DNA of 63,992 bases, filler included, from Basidiobolus ranarum (GCA_040143965.1; 8 parts of 8 records of this genome joined end to end with filler, not necessarily neighbours in it); one strand, 5' to 3'. Positions 14,146 to 26,780 are shown, counted from the whole stretch's first letter. A program made the numbers and translations. Notes: generated by a model not told the origin, from the sequence alone.

Positions 14146-16071
14146 ATGAAAGAACATGTCGTGGAGAGTGCCCCCAAGAGGATGTAAAGTTCATATTCAC
14201 CTTTATACTTGAAATCAAATTCCATTAGACATATAATTCAACAATCCCTCTTTTCACAAAAATAGTAAGCACATCCAATTCGGAGTTCTCTCTCCTCAAC
14301 AAATGATGAAACTTGCTGAATTCGAAGTTACGCAACGGGATCTTTACAACATTCCCGATCGGACTCCTGTCAAGCATGGTGTGTTGGATAAGAGATTGGT
14401 CGGTATATCTGCGTATATCTTCATAAGTCTTCAACCCGTACAGTAAGTCGATACATAAGTCTTACACTTGTCAATTTGTAGGGTACTTCAGACAAAACTG
14501 CGTTATGTGAAACCTGCGGCTTGAAAATGGCAGATTGTGTAGGTCACTATGGTTATGTCAAGTTGTGCCTTCCTGTGTTTCATATCGGTTATTTTAGATC
14601 TATCATCACCATTCTACAAAACATATGTAAAGTACGTATATTTTTTTATATAGGTTACAGTCTTGGTTATAGATATCGGGAAGCGCGCAAAAACGCTTTG
14701 CACATAATAGTTTACAATAAACTTATAATTTGACAGACTTGTAGTAGGGTTCTACTTGAGGAGGGTGATAGACGTATATATTTGAGGAGACTCCGTGCGC
14801 CACGTTTAGAAAATCTGCAAAGGCGTAACATTGTCAAGGCCATCAATGACAAATGCAAGAAAGTTGTATATTGTACTTACTGTGGAGCTACAAATGGTAT
14901 TATCACTCAGTATTGAAGCCAGCTCGAACTATAATAACACTTGGTTCAAATCTAGGGGTCGTCAAGAAAGTTGGTCCACTTAAAATTACACATGAGAAGT
15001 TTCGCGCAAAGAGAACCGCCTCAGAACAAGAGATCTTCAAGCAAACCTTTGAAAATGCAGTTGCATTTGCACCTGAATTGAAACCTCACGTTGGAAAAGC
15101 ACAAGAGGATATGAATCCACTTATAGCCTTGCAATTATTTGAGAAGATTACTGCAGAAGATTGTGAGCTCTTAGGATTAGATCCTGAAGAAGGAAGACCT
15201 GAATCATATATCTGGAGAGCTCTTCCTGTCCCTCCAGTTTGTATTAGACCCTCGGTTGCCCAGGACGGGGCCAGTACTGAAGACGACCTGACAGTAAAAT
15301 TGACAGAGATTATTTTCACCAATGCACTTATTAAAGCTGGGTTGGAAAAAGGAGGATCCATAATGAATTTAATGGAGCAATGGGAGTTTTTACAGCTTTC
15401 TGTAGGAATGTACATTAATAGCGATATTCCTGGACTTGCTAACAATATGGGTGGCAAACCCATCCGTGGGTTCTGTCAACGACTGAAGGGTAAACAGGGT
15501 CGTTTTCGTGGAAATCTTTCCGGAAAACGTGTTGATTTCTCTAGCAGAACAGTTATCTCTCCCGATCCTAATCTCAGAATTGATCAGGTTTTTGTTGCTA
15601 GTAACAAGTTCAATTGTTGATACTTTATTGACGAATAGTTATTTAGGTTGCCGTTCCTGAGTATGTGGCTAAAATCCTTACTTTTCCTGAGCGTGTTTTC
15701 GAACATAATATTGAGCGTCTTCGTAAAAACGTTCTTAATGGTACTGATGTTCATCCCGGTGCCAATTTTATTGTTCAAGGAAATGGATTTAAGAAGTATC
15801 TTAAATACGCCAATAGAGAACAGGTCGCTCAAGACTTAAGGATTGGAGATGTGGTTGAAAGACATTTGTCAGATGGTGATGTTGCTCTATTCAATCGTCA
15901 ACCGTCACTTCACAAGCTGAGTATTATGGCACATTATGTAAGGACCTCTCGACTTTCCTTTATTCAGATAACCACTCATCCAATTGTATTTTTTTAGGTA
16001 ACTGTCAAACCCTGGCGTACTTTCCGCTTTAATGAGTGTGTCTGTAGTCCTTACAATGCTGATTTCGATGG
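14146..16071 (+). CDS. RPC1: RNA polymerase III largest subunit, multi-exon, 3' partial
   Basis: [16 protein letters not shown]...CVGHYG zinc site, [38 protein letters not shown] (Pol III type) and [15 protein letters not shown]. The contig ends inside the catalytic YNADFDG motif. Confidence 0.95.
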
Positions 16072-16171
16072 NNNNNNNNNNNNNNNNNNNNNNNNNNNNN
16101 NNNNNNNNNNNNNNNTTAATTAATTAANNNNNNNNNNNNNNNNNNNNNNNNNNNNNNNNNNNNNNNNNNNN
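16072..16171. other. Artificial contig spacer
   Basis: N44-TTAATTAATTAA-N44. Confidence 0.98.
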
Positions 16172-16778
16172 CCAATCACATGATCATTATCCAATCAGTA
16201 TTAACCTCTGAGGTACCTGCCTAGACACAAGTCAAAGTGAGTGACAAGATTGATAACCAATGATCTTTCACTGTCAAGACTTCAGCTGATGCATGACTCA
16301 CATATCTATCTGTCTATCCATCTATCCAATCACATTGTCTTTAATCAGAATTAGTTATCTATTATCTTGGTGCTGACTAATTTACTTTGCAATCAAAAAG
16401 TATAAATAAAGCTTACTGAACCTTTTGGTTTAGTGTATATCTCAACATATATAGGATCACAACATTTCTCAGTGTTTCTCAACAACTTCAATATTCCCCT
16501 TTCATTTCTGTCAATGCCTAGTATCCACTGTCATCTACAGAACATCAAATCTAGCTGCCCAGCAAACCTACTCTCCACCATAACATAGCAACCAATTTCT
16601 ACTCCCAAGACATATATTAGTTAGATCTTCTCTTCTAATATATGCTGCTATGATATTTTGAAGATTCTGCACTTAACTGTTTCTTTGGTTCAGTAAAGTT
16701 CAAGACTTTTTATCCACTTCTCTCTTGAACACAACATTTTTTTCATTGAATTTGATTACATTTAACAACCAACTTAAC

Positions 16779-19459
16779 ATGGCCTCACCTACCAGTACTC
16801 CAAGTCTCAACATCCATGATGATGCCAGAGCAGCCTATGAAAAGATATCTTGACAACTTAGGCAACTTATGTCTGAGAAAGATACACATTTTTGGAGTAC
16901 ATTTCCCTTCTTCAATCAAGAGCTGATGAAGAGCAAAGACAAGATCTTCAGGAAGTCATTGCTTCTGAGAAGGAAGAAACCACCATTCTTAAATAAAGTC
17001 CCCAAGATCTTGCCAAAACAATTCTCAATGTGGAGAATCCTCCAACCTTCACCATATCTCCATCAAGAACCACTCTTACATCTGCTGCAATTGATCCCAC
17101 TAGCACCCCTAGATCAGATATAGCCATTGTTCCTAAGTCCCTGCCTCTCTTTGCAGAAGGACACAATGCCATCAAAGATCCCACTGAGTTTCTTTACAAA
17201 TTCACCAATGTCTTAGTTGCTCACCAACTAGATACAGACACCAACTGGGCAAGACTACTACCACTTTGTCTCACCATGCAAGATGCTGACTGGGTAGAAT
17301 GTAACCTTCCAGCTACCAGGTCCTGAAAAGATGCCCAAGATTTCTTTTGGAAGCAATTTGATGATCCACTCAAGAAAGCTCACTTACACCATGATCTTTG
17401 GAGAACTAGAATGCAAAAGGATGAAACAGTCCAACATTTCTGCAACAAGTTCCAAAGACATATGCAAGAAGCTTGAGTGCAAGACTCTGATCCTTTACTC
17501 ACTGCCTGCTTTCTCTCCAACTTCAATACCACTCTGCAGAAAAACCTGAAAATTATTAAGGCTGGAAGTCCAACATGTAGCTATCACAAGGTTTCAAAAG
17601 TTGCTTCTATAGCAATCTCCATACTTGCTGCTACAAGTAGCACTACTTACTTTGCTCACCACCAACCTTATCAATCAAGTTTCCAAAACATCAATTCTGC
17701 TAGGAATGCCACAAGTCCAAAGTACCGCCAACTTCATGGGAAAGGTTCCCATGCTACCAATGATTGAAGAACTTTAAGCAACAAAGCTAATAAGCCAAAC
17801 CAACCAACCACCAAGACAGAAAATCCCTATCCTGATGGCCACTGCTTTATATGCAATGAGCTTGATCATAGAGCACCTGTCTGTCCACAAAACAAAGCAC
17901 CTAATGCTAAACTGACCCAAGTCTCAGAGGATTCAATATCTAAACCAGATGATGCTCCTGCAGAAGATTTCATAAGTTTTGAAAAAGCTGCTCACAAAAT
18001 TACAGTAAAAGACTATCAAAATCTCTTTGACTGTTCAGCCAAAATTGCCACCATCAATCATAAGAAGCAAACCACCAACCACCTTAAAGCTATCAAGTAC
18101 CCTTAATACTTAATGGTCTCCAATACATAGCACTATTGGATACTGGAGCCACCAACTCTGTTGTATGACCCAGAGTAGTGAAAGAGCTTGATTTTGAAAT
18201 AGAAAAACAACCTGGAAACATTATTCTTAGTGCCAAAGATGTTTCTGCCCCAAGAATAGGAGTTACCAACTCTGTCAATATTCAATGTGGAAATTCTCAA
18301 ATATCTCATCACCTGGAAGTAATGAATATCCCTGATGGGACAATGGTTGTTATTGGTCTATACATATTCACTCAACTTGACTTCAATATAGGAGGACTAC
18401 CAGTCTTTTATCCTAGATTTAGCAAATCTTTACCATCTGATTCTGATCACAAATCAGAAGTAATCTCAGAAACTCATGAACAATAAGAATTATCACCTTC
18501 CTTTCAAGCATATCCTAACTCTGTCAAGTTATCTATTCAACCTGCTATTGAAACAAAGCAGAAAATCCCAAAGAACAGTTTCTGCACAACACCATAGTCT
18601 CTGGTTACATTGGGAATACCATCTGGAGAAACAACTTGGAGAAGATAATAACAAATTCCACATATGCTACAACCTTTAGTTGATGAAGTAGTACCAAAAT
18701 TGGCTGATATTGACATTTTCACTCAAGCACCCGTCCACACTACCTTCAACACCCCTTTGACTTAATCACTAAAGAAGGATTCAGAGGGATATCTTATGCT
18801 AAAATGACCCTGTTAGATCCAAGACCTCCAAACAACTACTACAGGATGATAAATTTTATATCTCTAGGATCAATGACATCTTTTCCTCACTCTCAGGAGC
18901 ACAAGTATTTTCTAAATTGGATTTAAAAGATGCTCATCATCAATATCAGATTCATCCAGACCACCAACACAAGTCTGCTTTCACATTGAGAAACATGCCA
19001 TGGATGTTGCAAGGAGCACTCTTGGGACTTAGGACATTGACCACCAAGTTTCAAACAGTTATGACTATCGTACCCAAAGATGCTAGATATGCCTTAGTGT
19101 TTGTTAATGGTGTTATCATTTTCTCAACTAATGCAGCTGATCAGACAACCCATGTTGCTGATATTATCAGCCATCTTACTTCTGCTGGACTTACCTTAAA
19201 TGCTGAAGAATGCAGCTTTGCCTGCCTTAAAATCAAGCTACTTGGTTTTATTGTTACTCCTACAGGCCACCAACTAGAACCTTTCAAGTTAGTCGTCATT
19301 GTGGTTTTTCCTATGCCCACTACTGCTAAACAACCTCAACATTTTCTTGGAGTCTTCAACTATTTCAGGGAACATATGCCACTGTTTTCTACTCTAAGTG
19401 CACCACTTGATTCCTTATGGTGCAGTGTTGGAAGTTTTCCAACAATATCTTGCACATAA
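16779..19459 (+). mobile_element. Degenerate Ty3/gypsy LTR retrotransposon (gag, protease, RT)
   Basis: Zn-knuckle-like CFICNELDHRAPVC (about 17840), aspartic protease ALLDTGATNS (about 18130), RT motifs LDLKDAHHQ, decayed YxDD (FVNGVII), KLLGFIV and FLGVFNYFR. Many stops and frameshifts. Confidence 0.88.
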
Positions 19460-19899
19460 CAAGTAGGAAGAATATTATCTATAGCTATCTTATGATATTT
19501 TACAGAACAAGAATATTTGATCACTCACATTTGCATTAATACTTAACTAATTACAGTAAATCTAACTGGGATCATAAACTCCTGAATTAGAGCTTTGTAA
19601 CCATGCAAGAATTACAAGATTGGATCAGTTATTGGTGGAGCTATAATCATTTCAAAACTGCCAACACAAAATTTAACTCTAGCATGTGTTCAAAACACCT
19701 GAATTTTGGACCTTAAAATGCTCACAAAATTAGTGCTAACAATTGAACCAGCCAATGGATTCTGTTCAAAGCTTGCATGGAGCTGCAATAGTACTTGATG
19801 CTAATGTGTTCAGAGTTTCAGAGCCACAACTGCTACATTAGTGAACTCATTGGCACTTTGATGCTAGGCAACCCACTCATAGCATTTATACTCAGCGAT

Positions 19900-20460
19900 C
19901 TATCCAAAACATTTAATCTAAGCTATTTCTTTATAAAAGCAACCCTTCCCCCTAGTGAAAAAGCTTCTAGCCTTACTACATTCCAAAACTGCATCATATT
20001 CCTTATCCTTTCTTTAATTAGATATTCTAACCTGTATCATGGTAGGATAATAACAATTGCTATTACAACTCAACTAGGGTTGACTATTGAAGATTGCAGT
20101 TCAGATTCTTTCATAGTTATCTTCACTTTTACAGCCATAGAATACATCTAACCCTTAATGAAAGTCTTTGCTAACCTTAAAAGAACCATGTCTTTTTCTT
20201 CAGACTTTAAGTTAGAGAAACCACCAGAGTTTTATCTACCCTTGTAGTATTGAAGATTCTTGATAGTTCTAAAATCAGAAACAATCTATTCTCAAAAAGT
20301 CTCCAAGCAACTGACATATTATAGTGTATATTTACCCTTTAAAGATAGAGTGAAGACTATATCTCCCATCAATATTTTTAAGCTTTGAGTATAAAAATTC
20401 AGCTTTGCTTGAGATTTGTAGTGGGATCAAGCTTTATTTCTAATATTCAAGTTAACACCC
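19900..20460 (-). mobile_element. Highly decayed non-LTR (L1/Tx1-like) RT remnant
   Basis: Minus-strand peptides GDSLHSIF (cf. QGDPLSPLLF), VKVKITMKES (cf. GxKINxxKS) and FSLGGRVAFIK (cf. LSxxGRxxLxK) occur in the expected order. Confidence 0.4.
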
Positions 20461-20470
20461 CTATCCCACA

Positions 20471-21092
20471 CCCTAACAGAAATTTGGGGATAGTTGTTGT
20501 AGGAAAACCATCACAATTTTAATCCGTTTGGGATTGACAATTCAATTACCATCATAAAATTGTCCAGTTAGATTTGATTTTAATCAATTTTTTCAATTAA
20601 GGAGTGAAATTTCAAGATCTCACAAAACTGTTGCACATGATTGGCTACAATCTCAGAGCACTATGGATCAACATATGTACAAAAAATGAAACTCAAATTT
20701 TAACATTAACCACTTGAACACTAATTTGTCACCTTTCAAATCCCAGTTTCTTTGATATATTCTTCTGAATATTTTTGTAGAGTTCATCATACTCAAGGTT
20801 TAGCTCATAGCCAACACAAGTTTGTATCAATATCTCCATCAAAGTCCACCATTGTATTAAGGCTGTGGAATCAACATTCTTCCAGCAATCTGGGAGATAT
20901 CTTGCAACTGCGTGCCACTCTGTATTAAGTTCTTTCATATATAAGAATGTTAAGTTAAATGTTCTTCTTCTGAAGCTACTTTCTACGTACTTGCACTGCA
21001 TTTATCCCTTCATACTTTTGAAAATACTCCTCAGCACTTTTACTATTCTCATATGTCCTTGTAATGTGACACTACTGAGGGTGCTCTATTGC
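20471..21092 (-). repeat. Unclassified dispersed repeat, copy A (internal deletion)
   Basis: Aligns by eye to 23196-23838 and to the reverse complement of 32317-32907. Terminus CCCTAACAG. Confidence 0.88.
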
Positions 21093-21659
21093 AAGATATA
21101 TATTTAATGCACAATATTTATCTTAAAATTGTTTGGTGGAATCTGTTGCTACATCTGTATATCTGAAGAAAAGAGTTAAAATAGAAATATAACTAACTCT
21201 ACATAATATCAAGCTTGGTTTGAAGTCAAACCTAATGTTAAGCATTTGAAGATCTTTGCATGCATTGCTTATTTCAAAATTATGACCAAAATGGTCCATA
21301 TTTGATCTAGCATTCAAGAAATTTATCTTTCTGGGCTTATGTACTCAAACTAAGGCAAACTGACTCTAAGGTACCAAACTTTCTAAGTTATTCAAGTTCA
21401 GCAAGGATTTGTTTGACAAAAATGAAACATTTTCATCAATATTTGCCTCCAATGATAACAAAAATCTATTTTTCCCAATCCCTTCTTTTAAATTAAATCA
21501 AACCAATACTATAAAGAACATAGCATTCCTGTGCACCCAACACTCAAGTTTGAGCCTACTGAACTGCCCAATGCATTGCCAGAAGTAGTAGAACATTTAA
21601 GCCAAAGCAGGAGATAACACTGGATCAAATAGCCCATATCACTACATCAATGAGTCCCG

Positions 21660-22200
21660 TTAATGTTAATTGTCACTCTGATGGTAGTATACAAAGGTAT
21701 AATGCTATACTAGCAGCCAATGGCTATTCCCAAACAACAGGAAGAGAATACTTAGAAACTCTCTCTAGAAGCTCCTGTTGCAAAGTTTGGTTCTATTAAA
21801 TTGATTTTAGCAGTTTTAGCTAATTCTAAGTTAATTATATATCAATTGGATCTTAAGACTGCTTCCTTATATGGTGAGCCTGCTGAAGAGATCTTTATAG
21901 ACCAGCCAGATGGACTGGTGGACCCTGAAAGCTCTAAAAAATTGACAGATTTCAGAAACCACTCTATGGCTTAGAGCAATCTCCAAGAGCTTGGAATTGC
22001 AAGATAGACACTTTTTTTGGAAACACTCAAATTTCAAAAGAGAGATGATAGCTAGGGTATCTGCTTTGGCCCCAATTGGAAACACCCAGTTTTATTAGCC
22101 TATCATGTAGATGGCCTTACTATGGGAATATTGGATCAATGATCTATTTTTATGTGATTCTATCAAACTTCAAGATGGGGAATCAATGGTATGTAAGCCA
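21660..22200 (+). mobile_element. Ty1/copia reverse transcriptase remnant
   Basis: RYNAILAANGYSQ (cf. RYKARLVAKGYSQ), YQLDLKTASLYG...IFIDQPDG, LYGLEQSPRAW and LAYHVDG (cf. YVDD). Confidence 0.85.
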
Positions 22201-23195
22201 AACAAGAACAATTTTTACCTGATTCAGTGATTGCCAATTGTGTGCAAACAGTACATGACTTCAGGTTTTTCAGATCACTGGTGAAAGCAAAACATCTATT
22301 TGGACATGAAGTTAGTTTACTAACTGAAGAATCTTAAATCCAATGATTGACCAGAGCTTTGAGTTAGAGCATGGCCAGAGGACTCAGTGGCAAAACTAAA
22401 GTCAAAATTGGGCACTAGTTACAATTTATATTCACCAGCCTTTGTGCAGCTGGTGGCTTGGTACAGTGACCATGCTTGTGATAATTTTTTCTATGTAGCA
22501 TCAGGTTTTATAGCACACGAAATTTTGACATTATTCTCAGGGCTTCTTTAAACATTTGTGTTGCGGCATGAGAAAGATATAGTGGAGAAAAGAAAACATG
22601 CTATGTAAGGGTGATATTTTAGGTATATCCAATCAGCAGCATCAGCTGATTCTGAGATGATGTCATAGAGGAGTCATCAGCATATATACAATATATTTTT
22701 GTTAATGGATGCCAATTTTAGTTCATTATAAGCTGTTTGTAATCAATTTTTTACACCAAGTTTACCATCTGAAAATATTTATACCATTTATAAAGAATTC
22801 AAAAGCTCCATCAAAATTGGCTTCAAAGCAAAAGCCAGCTTGCACAAAAGAAAAAAAAACAGTAAGAACAGTGGACTCAATTGAAGAGGAGTCTAGCAAT
22901 CCACTATCCATCTTGGAAGTCAATAACAAGCTAGAAACTATCTCAAGTAATGATGAAGGATCAATCAACTTGCCAGATGTGTTCTTTCCACCAATAGTGC
23001 AAGTAAAGAGATTAAAATCCCCTGATTATGCGGTAAATCAACAGTGGAGCAAAGTTCAACAGAAATACTATCCAGACAATAAACTTCCAAAATGCCTAAT
23101 TTGCCAACTATTGAACACCACTCTGTAGACATTTTGGATAGAATTATTACAACCAGGAAATCTCAGGCAGAACACCAACATGATTTGTATGTAAT

Positions 23196-23838
23196 CCTCT
23201 AACAAAAATTTCAGGATTTTATTGTAGGAAAACCATCACTACTTCAATCCATGTTGCATTGATTGTTTACTTACCATCATATTTTGTCTAGTTGGACTTA
23301 ATTTTAATCAATTTTTCAGTTATGGGAGTGAAGTATCAAGATCTTGCAAAATAGTTGAAAATGATTAGCCACAATCTCAGAGAGCTATGGATCAAAATAT
23401 GTGCAAAAAATGTTACTCAAACTGTATACATCTACCACCTGAACACTAATTTGTCACCTTCAAAATCCCCAGTTTCTTTGCTATATTCTCCCAAATATTT
23501 TTATGGAGTTCTTTATACCCAAGGGTTGGCTCTTATCCAACACAAGTTTGTATCAATATCTCCATTAAAGACAACCATTGTATGAACATTGCCAAATCAG
23601 TATTCTTCCAGCTATTTGGTGGATACCTTGCAATATTGTGCCACTCTGTATCAAGTTCTTCCTAGATATCTGCACAGTCAGCACCAGCCTGAATGTTAAG
23701 TTGAATATTCTGCATCTGCAGCCACTTTCTGCATACTTGCACTACATTTTTCTCTTCATACTTTTTAAGCTATTCCTCAGCAACTTGACTGTTTTTATAT
23801 GTCCTTGTAGTGTGACACTACTGAGGGTGCCTTGCACT
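23196..23838 (-). repeat. Unclassified dispersed repeat, copy B
   Basis: Homologous to copies A and C over about 640 nt. Confidence 0.88.
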
Positions 23839-24147
23839 GGGTGTGCAGTTTTTTGTTTGCTTTAAGTTAGGGGCTAACTTCAACACTTTAAAAAGTACCA
23901 ATTGATGGTGGCAAGCTGTGAGTTTTATTTGTTGTTGTTTTGTCTTGTTGAGAGATGCCTGGTGTTCTATAAACACCCAAATTCAGCATTACTATAAATG
24001 TGTCCCAGGTTCCTTGGTAAAATTATGCTTTTTTACTAGTATATCTCATACTCAAGATACAGACCTTCATAATGGTGTGTGTGGACGCTCTGTTAACGTA
24101 TGCTTTGGTAGGGAGTGAAATGTCGGGTGCTCTCGGGCGCCAGTCTT

Positions 24148-24247
24148 NNNNNNNNNNNNNNNNNNNNNNNNNNNNNNNNNNNNNNNNNNNNTTAATTAAT
24201 TAANNNNNNNNNNNNNNNNNNNNNNNNNNNNNNNNNNNNNNNNNNNN
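24148..24247. other. Artificial contig spacer
   Basis: N44-TTAATTAATTAA-N44. Confidence 0.98.
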
Positions 24248-26780
24248 GTTCTTGTAGAATCTCACACAAGTAGACCTGAGTTGGTTGTTTATCAGTGCTC
24301 CATTTGCGGTAATTGAAGAATATCTTTACAAGAGATTCGCGCAATAGCTCCAAGTGAGGAGCCTCAGAGGTGGCCTGTATAAATCCTTGAATTTGTGTGA
24401 GCGCTGGTTTGGCTTCTAAATCAATCCATCTTGCGAGAATATCTTTGACAGTTTCTGAGCCAAGAAGGAATTCTGGTACCTGAAAGCCGTCATCGCTGAT
24501 AATAGTAATGTACATATCAAGGCTTAAATTAATGAATTTGGATATTTTGCGGATCTCTTGGGGCCGATTGTTTGGCAATATTAACATGTGTCCACCCTCC
24601 TTATATCCATCCACTTTGTCAGGTAAAGTGAAAGAAAACTTACGTACGGATCTTCCGGGATTCTCCTGAGATAGCCAAGAAATAAACCGAGTTTTTTTAT
24701 ACATCAACGAACTTTCAGTCATGCGAAAGGTGCTGTAACTCTGGATACATTCATTTCGAGCCCGATGTTTGTCTGATAGCATCAATTCCAAACTTAAACT
24801 GGTAGGCGTAAGACTTGTTCGTGGAGAATATATCCCACTGTTGATGACTTCGATCACCGATTTCATCCACTTTTCGAATATCCCCTCCTGATCACCACTC
24901 TTGGCATCTCCTACACCAAGTTTGACTATTCGCTCTCCCCCCAATCTCTCAAGTACATTATCAAAGAATCGCGCACAAGCATTAAATTGAGTATAGTCTG
25001 AACTACAGCACCCAAACACGCCAAACTCCACTCCGCTGAGCATGTTGTTATCTCCTGTTTCAGGAATGAAGCCAGAAATGGTATTCAACTGATTATAAAG
25101 ACGTTGAGCTCATTGAGGTGGACCACCAATACCGAAAGTAGAGACTATAACCAATATGTAATACCTAGTCTTACTCGAAGCTCTCAAGTCGTTCTTCAAT
25201 TTCGATATATTATCTATGGAAGCCATAGAGTGAAGGGTAATGTTGTCTTCCTTGCCTTTAGACGCAGAGATATAATTGTGTAGCAAGGTGGCAAAGGTAA
25301 AAGAGGTACCTGTCTCAGTAGCATAAATTATACGGATGTTTTTGCTGTTTTCTGGAGAGATCTCCGCTAGTAGCTCATCCGATGATAAGCTTGATGCAAG
25401 AGATGGGCAAGTGCTGACTGGAGTGGGCGTTTGGAGGGGTTCAGGATTGTACTCACGGATCTTCGAGATTGATAATCCGGGAAGAAAGTTCGGCTTTACA
25501 AATACGTTGATCATCTCCTGATGAAACACTGGGCATCCACTACCCGAGAGAGGTGGCACAATCCAAACCCAGTCAGCGGGACAAAAACCACGACTTTTGA
25601 CCTCTTGCTCGTGAAAACTCATAAATGACTTTGACGCTGTATGATGATCCACTATGGTGACGCCAGCCCTCTCAAAGCTCTGCATGATGGCCGTGGTAAC
25701 TTCAACTAGGGCTCTATCCTTCCATAATGGCACTGAAGGTTCCAAACCCAGTACTTTACGAGAAATCGTTGGCAATAGATTATATCGTTGTACATCCGTG
25801 AGGTTACGCATGATTTCTGTGCACATGTACCAACCATTAAATGGAGCACAAGGATATTGTATGCCGCCAATATCTAATACGAAGTCAGATATAGCAGGAA
25901 CTGCATGCCATTGAAGCTTTAATCGCTCCAGTTCCGGATACTTGTTATGGGTCAAGGGGATGGTTAGTATTGCGTCATCCGGGATGATTCCAAGGAAAGG
26001 AGCATATCCAGGTGCCTGAGTAACCAGTGGTAAAATATCGAAAGCAGTACGCTCATCTCCAGGCTTACACCAGCCCATTTCCAAGCACACCTTTGTAATT
26101 TCTATATTTGCGGGGTCACCCAATATGGTTCCATCGAGCTGTTCATAGCCTGCGTAGCGAACCAGCTGTGAATTCCAAATTCGACAACCAACATCCTCTC
26201 CAGGTAATATTTGAGGGAATACTGTCATCAAAGAGTTGACTACATGTTTAGGGAATTGTGGGGAACCACTGCTAGTAGTAGCGCCTCTCAGGTGATTCAC
26301 AGCACCTTCGAACACCTCTTTACTTGAAATATGACCAACCTGAAGTTCGTTGGCCTCTGAGTCCATAAATGTACAGCGAGCATCGATTATTTCGATATTT
26401 TTAAATTGTGCTCGCATGATACATCTTGAAGAGTTCCGCCATGCGGTTTTGACTCCGTATTCCAACTCTTCTTTAGTGTGTACATAATACCCTTGACTAA
26501 GTATTTGTCGACTAACTTGATAGAGGCGCCTGCTTAATTGAATACCAGTCTCTTCGTCGTCACCAACTGCAGTTTTGTAATACTCTCTCAAGAACTCCAA
26601 TGCCTCTGCTTCTATCTGTTTGGGGGACCTGTATGGGTCGAAATGCTCGCCGTCTGATTTATTCATGGTAGCTGCATGACACTGATTTTTGGTGCAGCCT
26701 AGGCCGTAAGGCTTGGGTGAGTCTTGTTGGGGAAACTTGTGCAGTATTGATGAGCCATGTTCCAATTGAAAGAGCTCCAT
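24248..26780 (-). CDS. Nitric oxide synthase (oxygenase + flavodoxin + start of FAD domain); intronless, one in-frame TGA at 25110-25112, 3' truncated by the contig end
   Basis: AWRNSSRCIMR (heme Cys), RIWNSQLVRYAGY, GDPAN, PFNGWYMCTEI, IVDHHTAS and CPADWVWIVPPLSGS..PVFHQEM. Then IIYATETGTS, VSTFGIGGPP, FGVFG..SSDY..F and YKEGGHMLILPNN. The two track ORFs are in the same frame. Confidence 0.93.

Noticed and set aside
14146-16071. RPB1 or RPA1 assignment
   Set aside because: The N-terminus, LPVFHIGYF and [26 protein letters not shown] are Pol III-type. RPB1 has KEGRxRGNLMGKRVDF.
24192-25088. Track ORF as a separate flavodoxin/reductase gene, or a frameshift in NOS
   Set aside because: It is in the same frame as the upstream NOS ORF and starts mid-domain at TTG. 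Its stop comes from the spacer.
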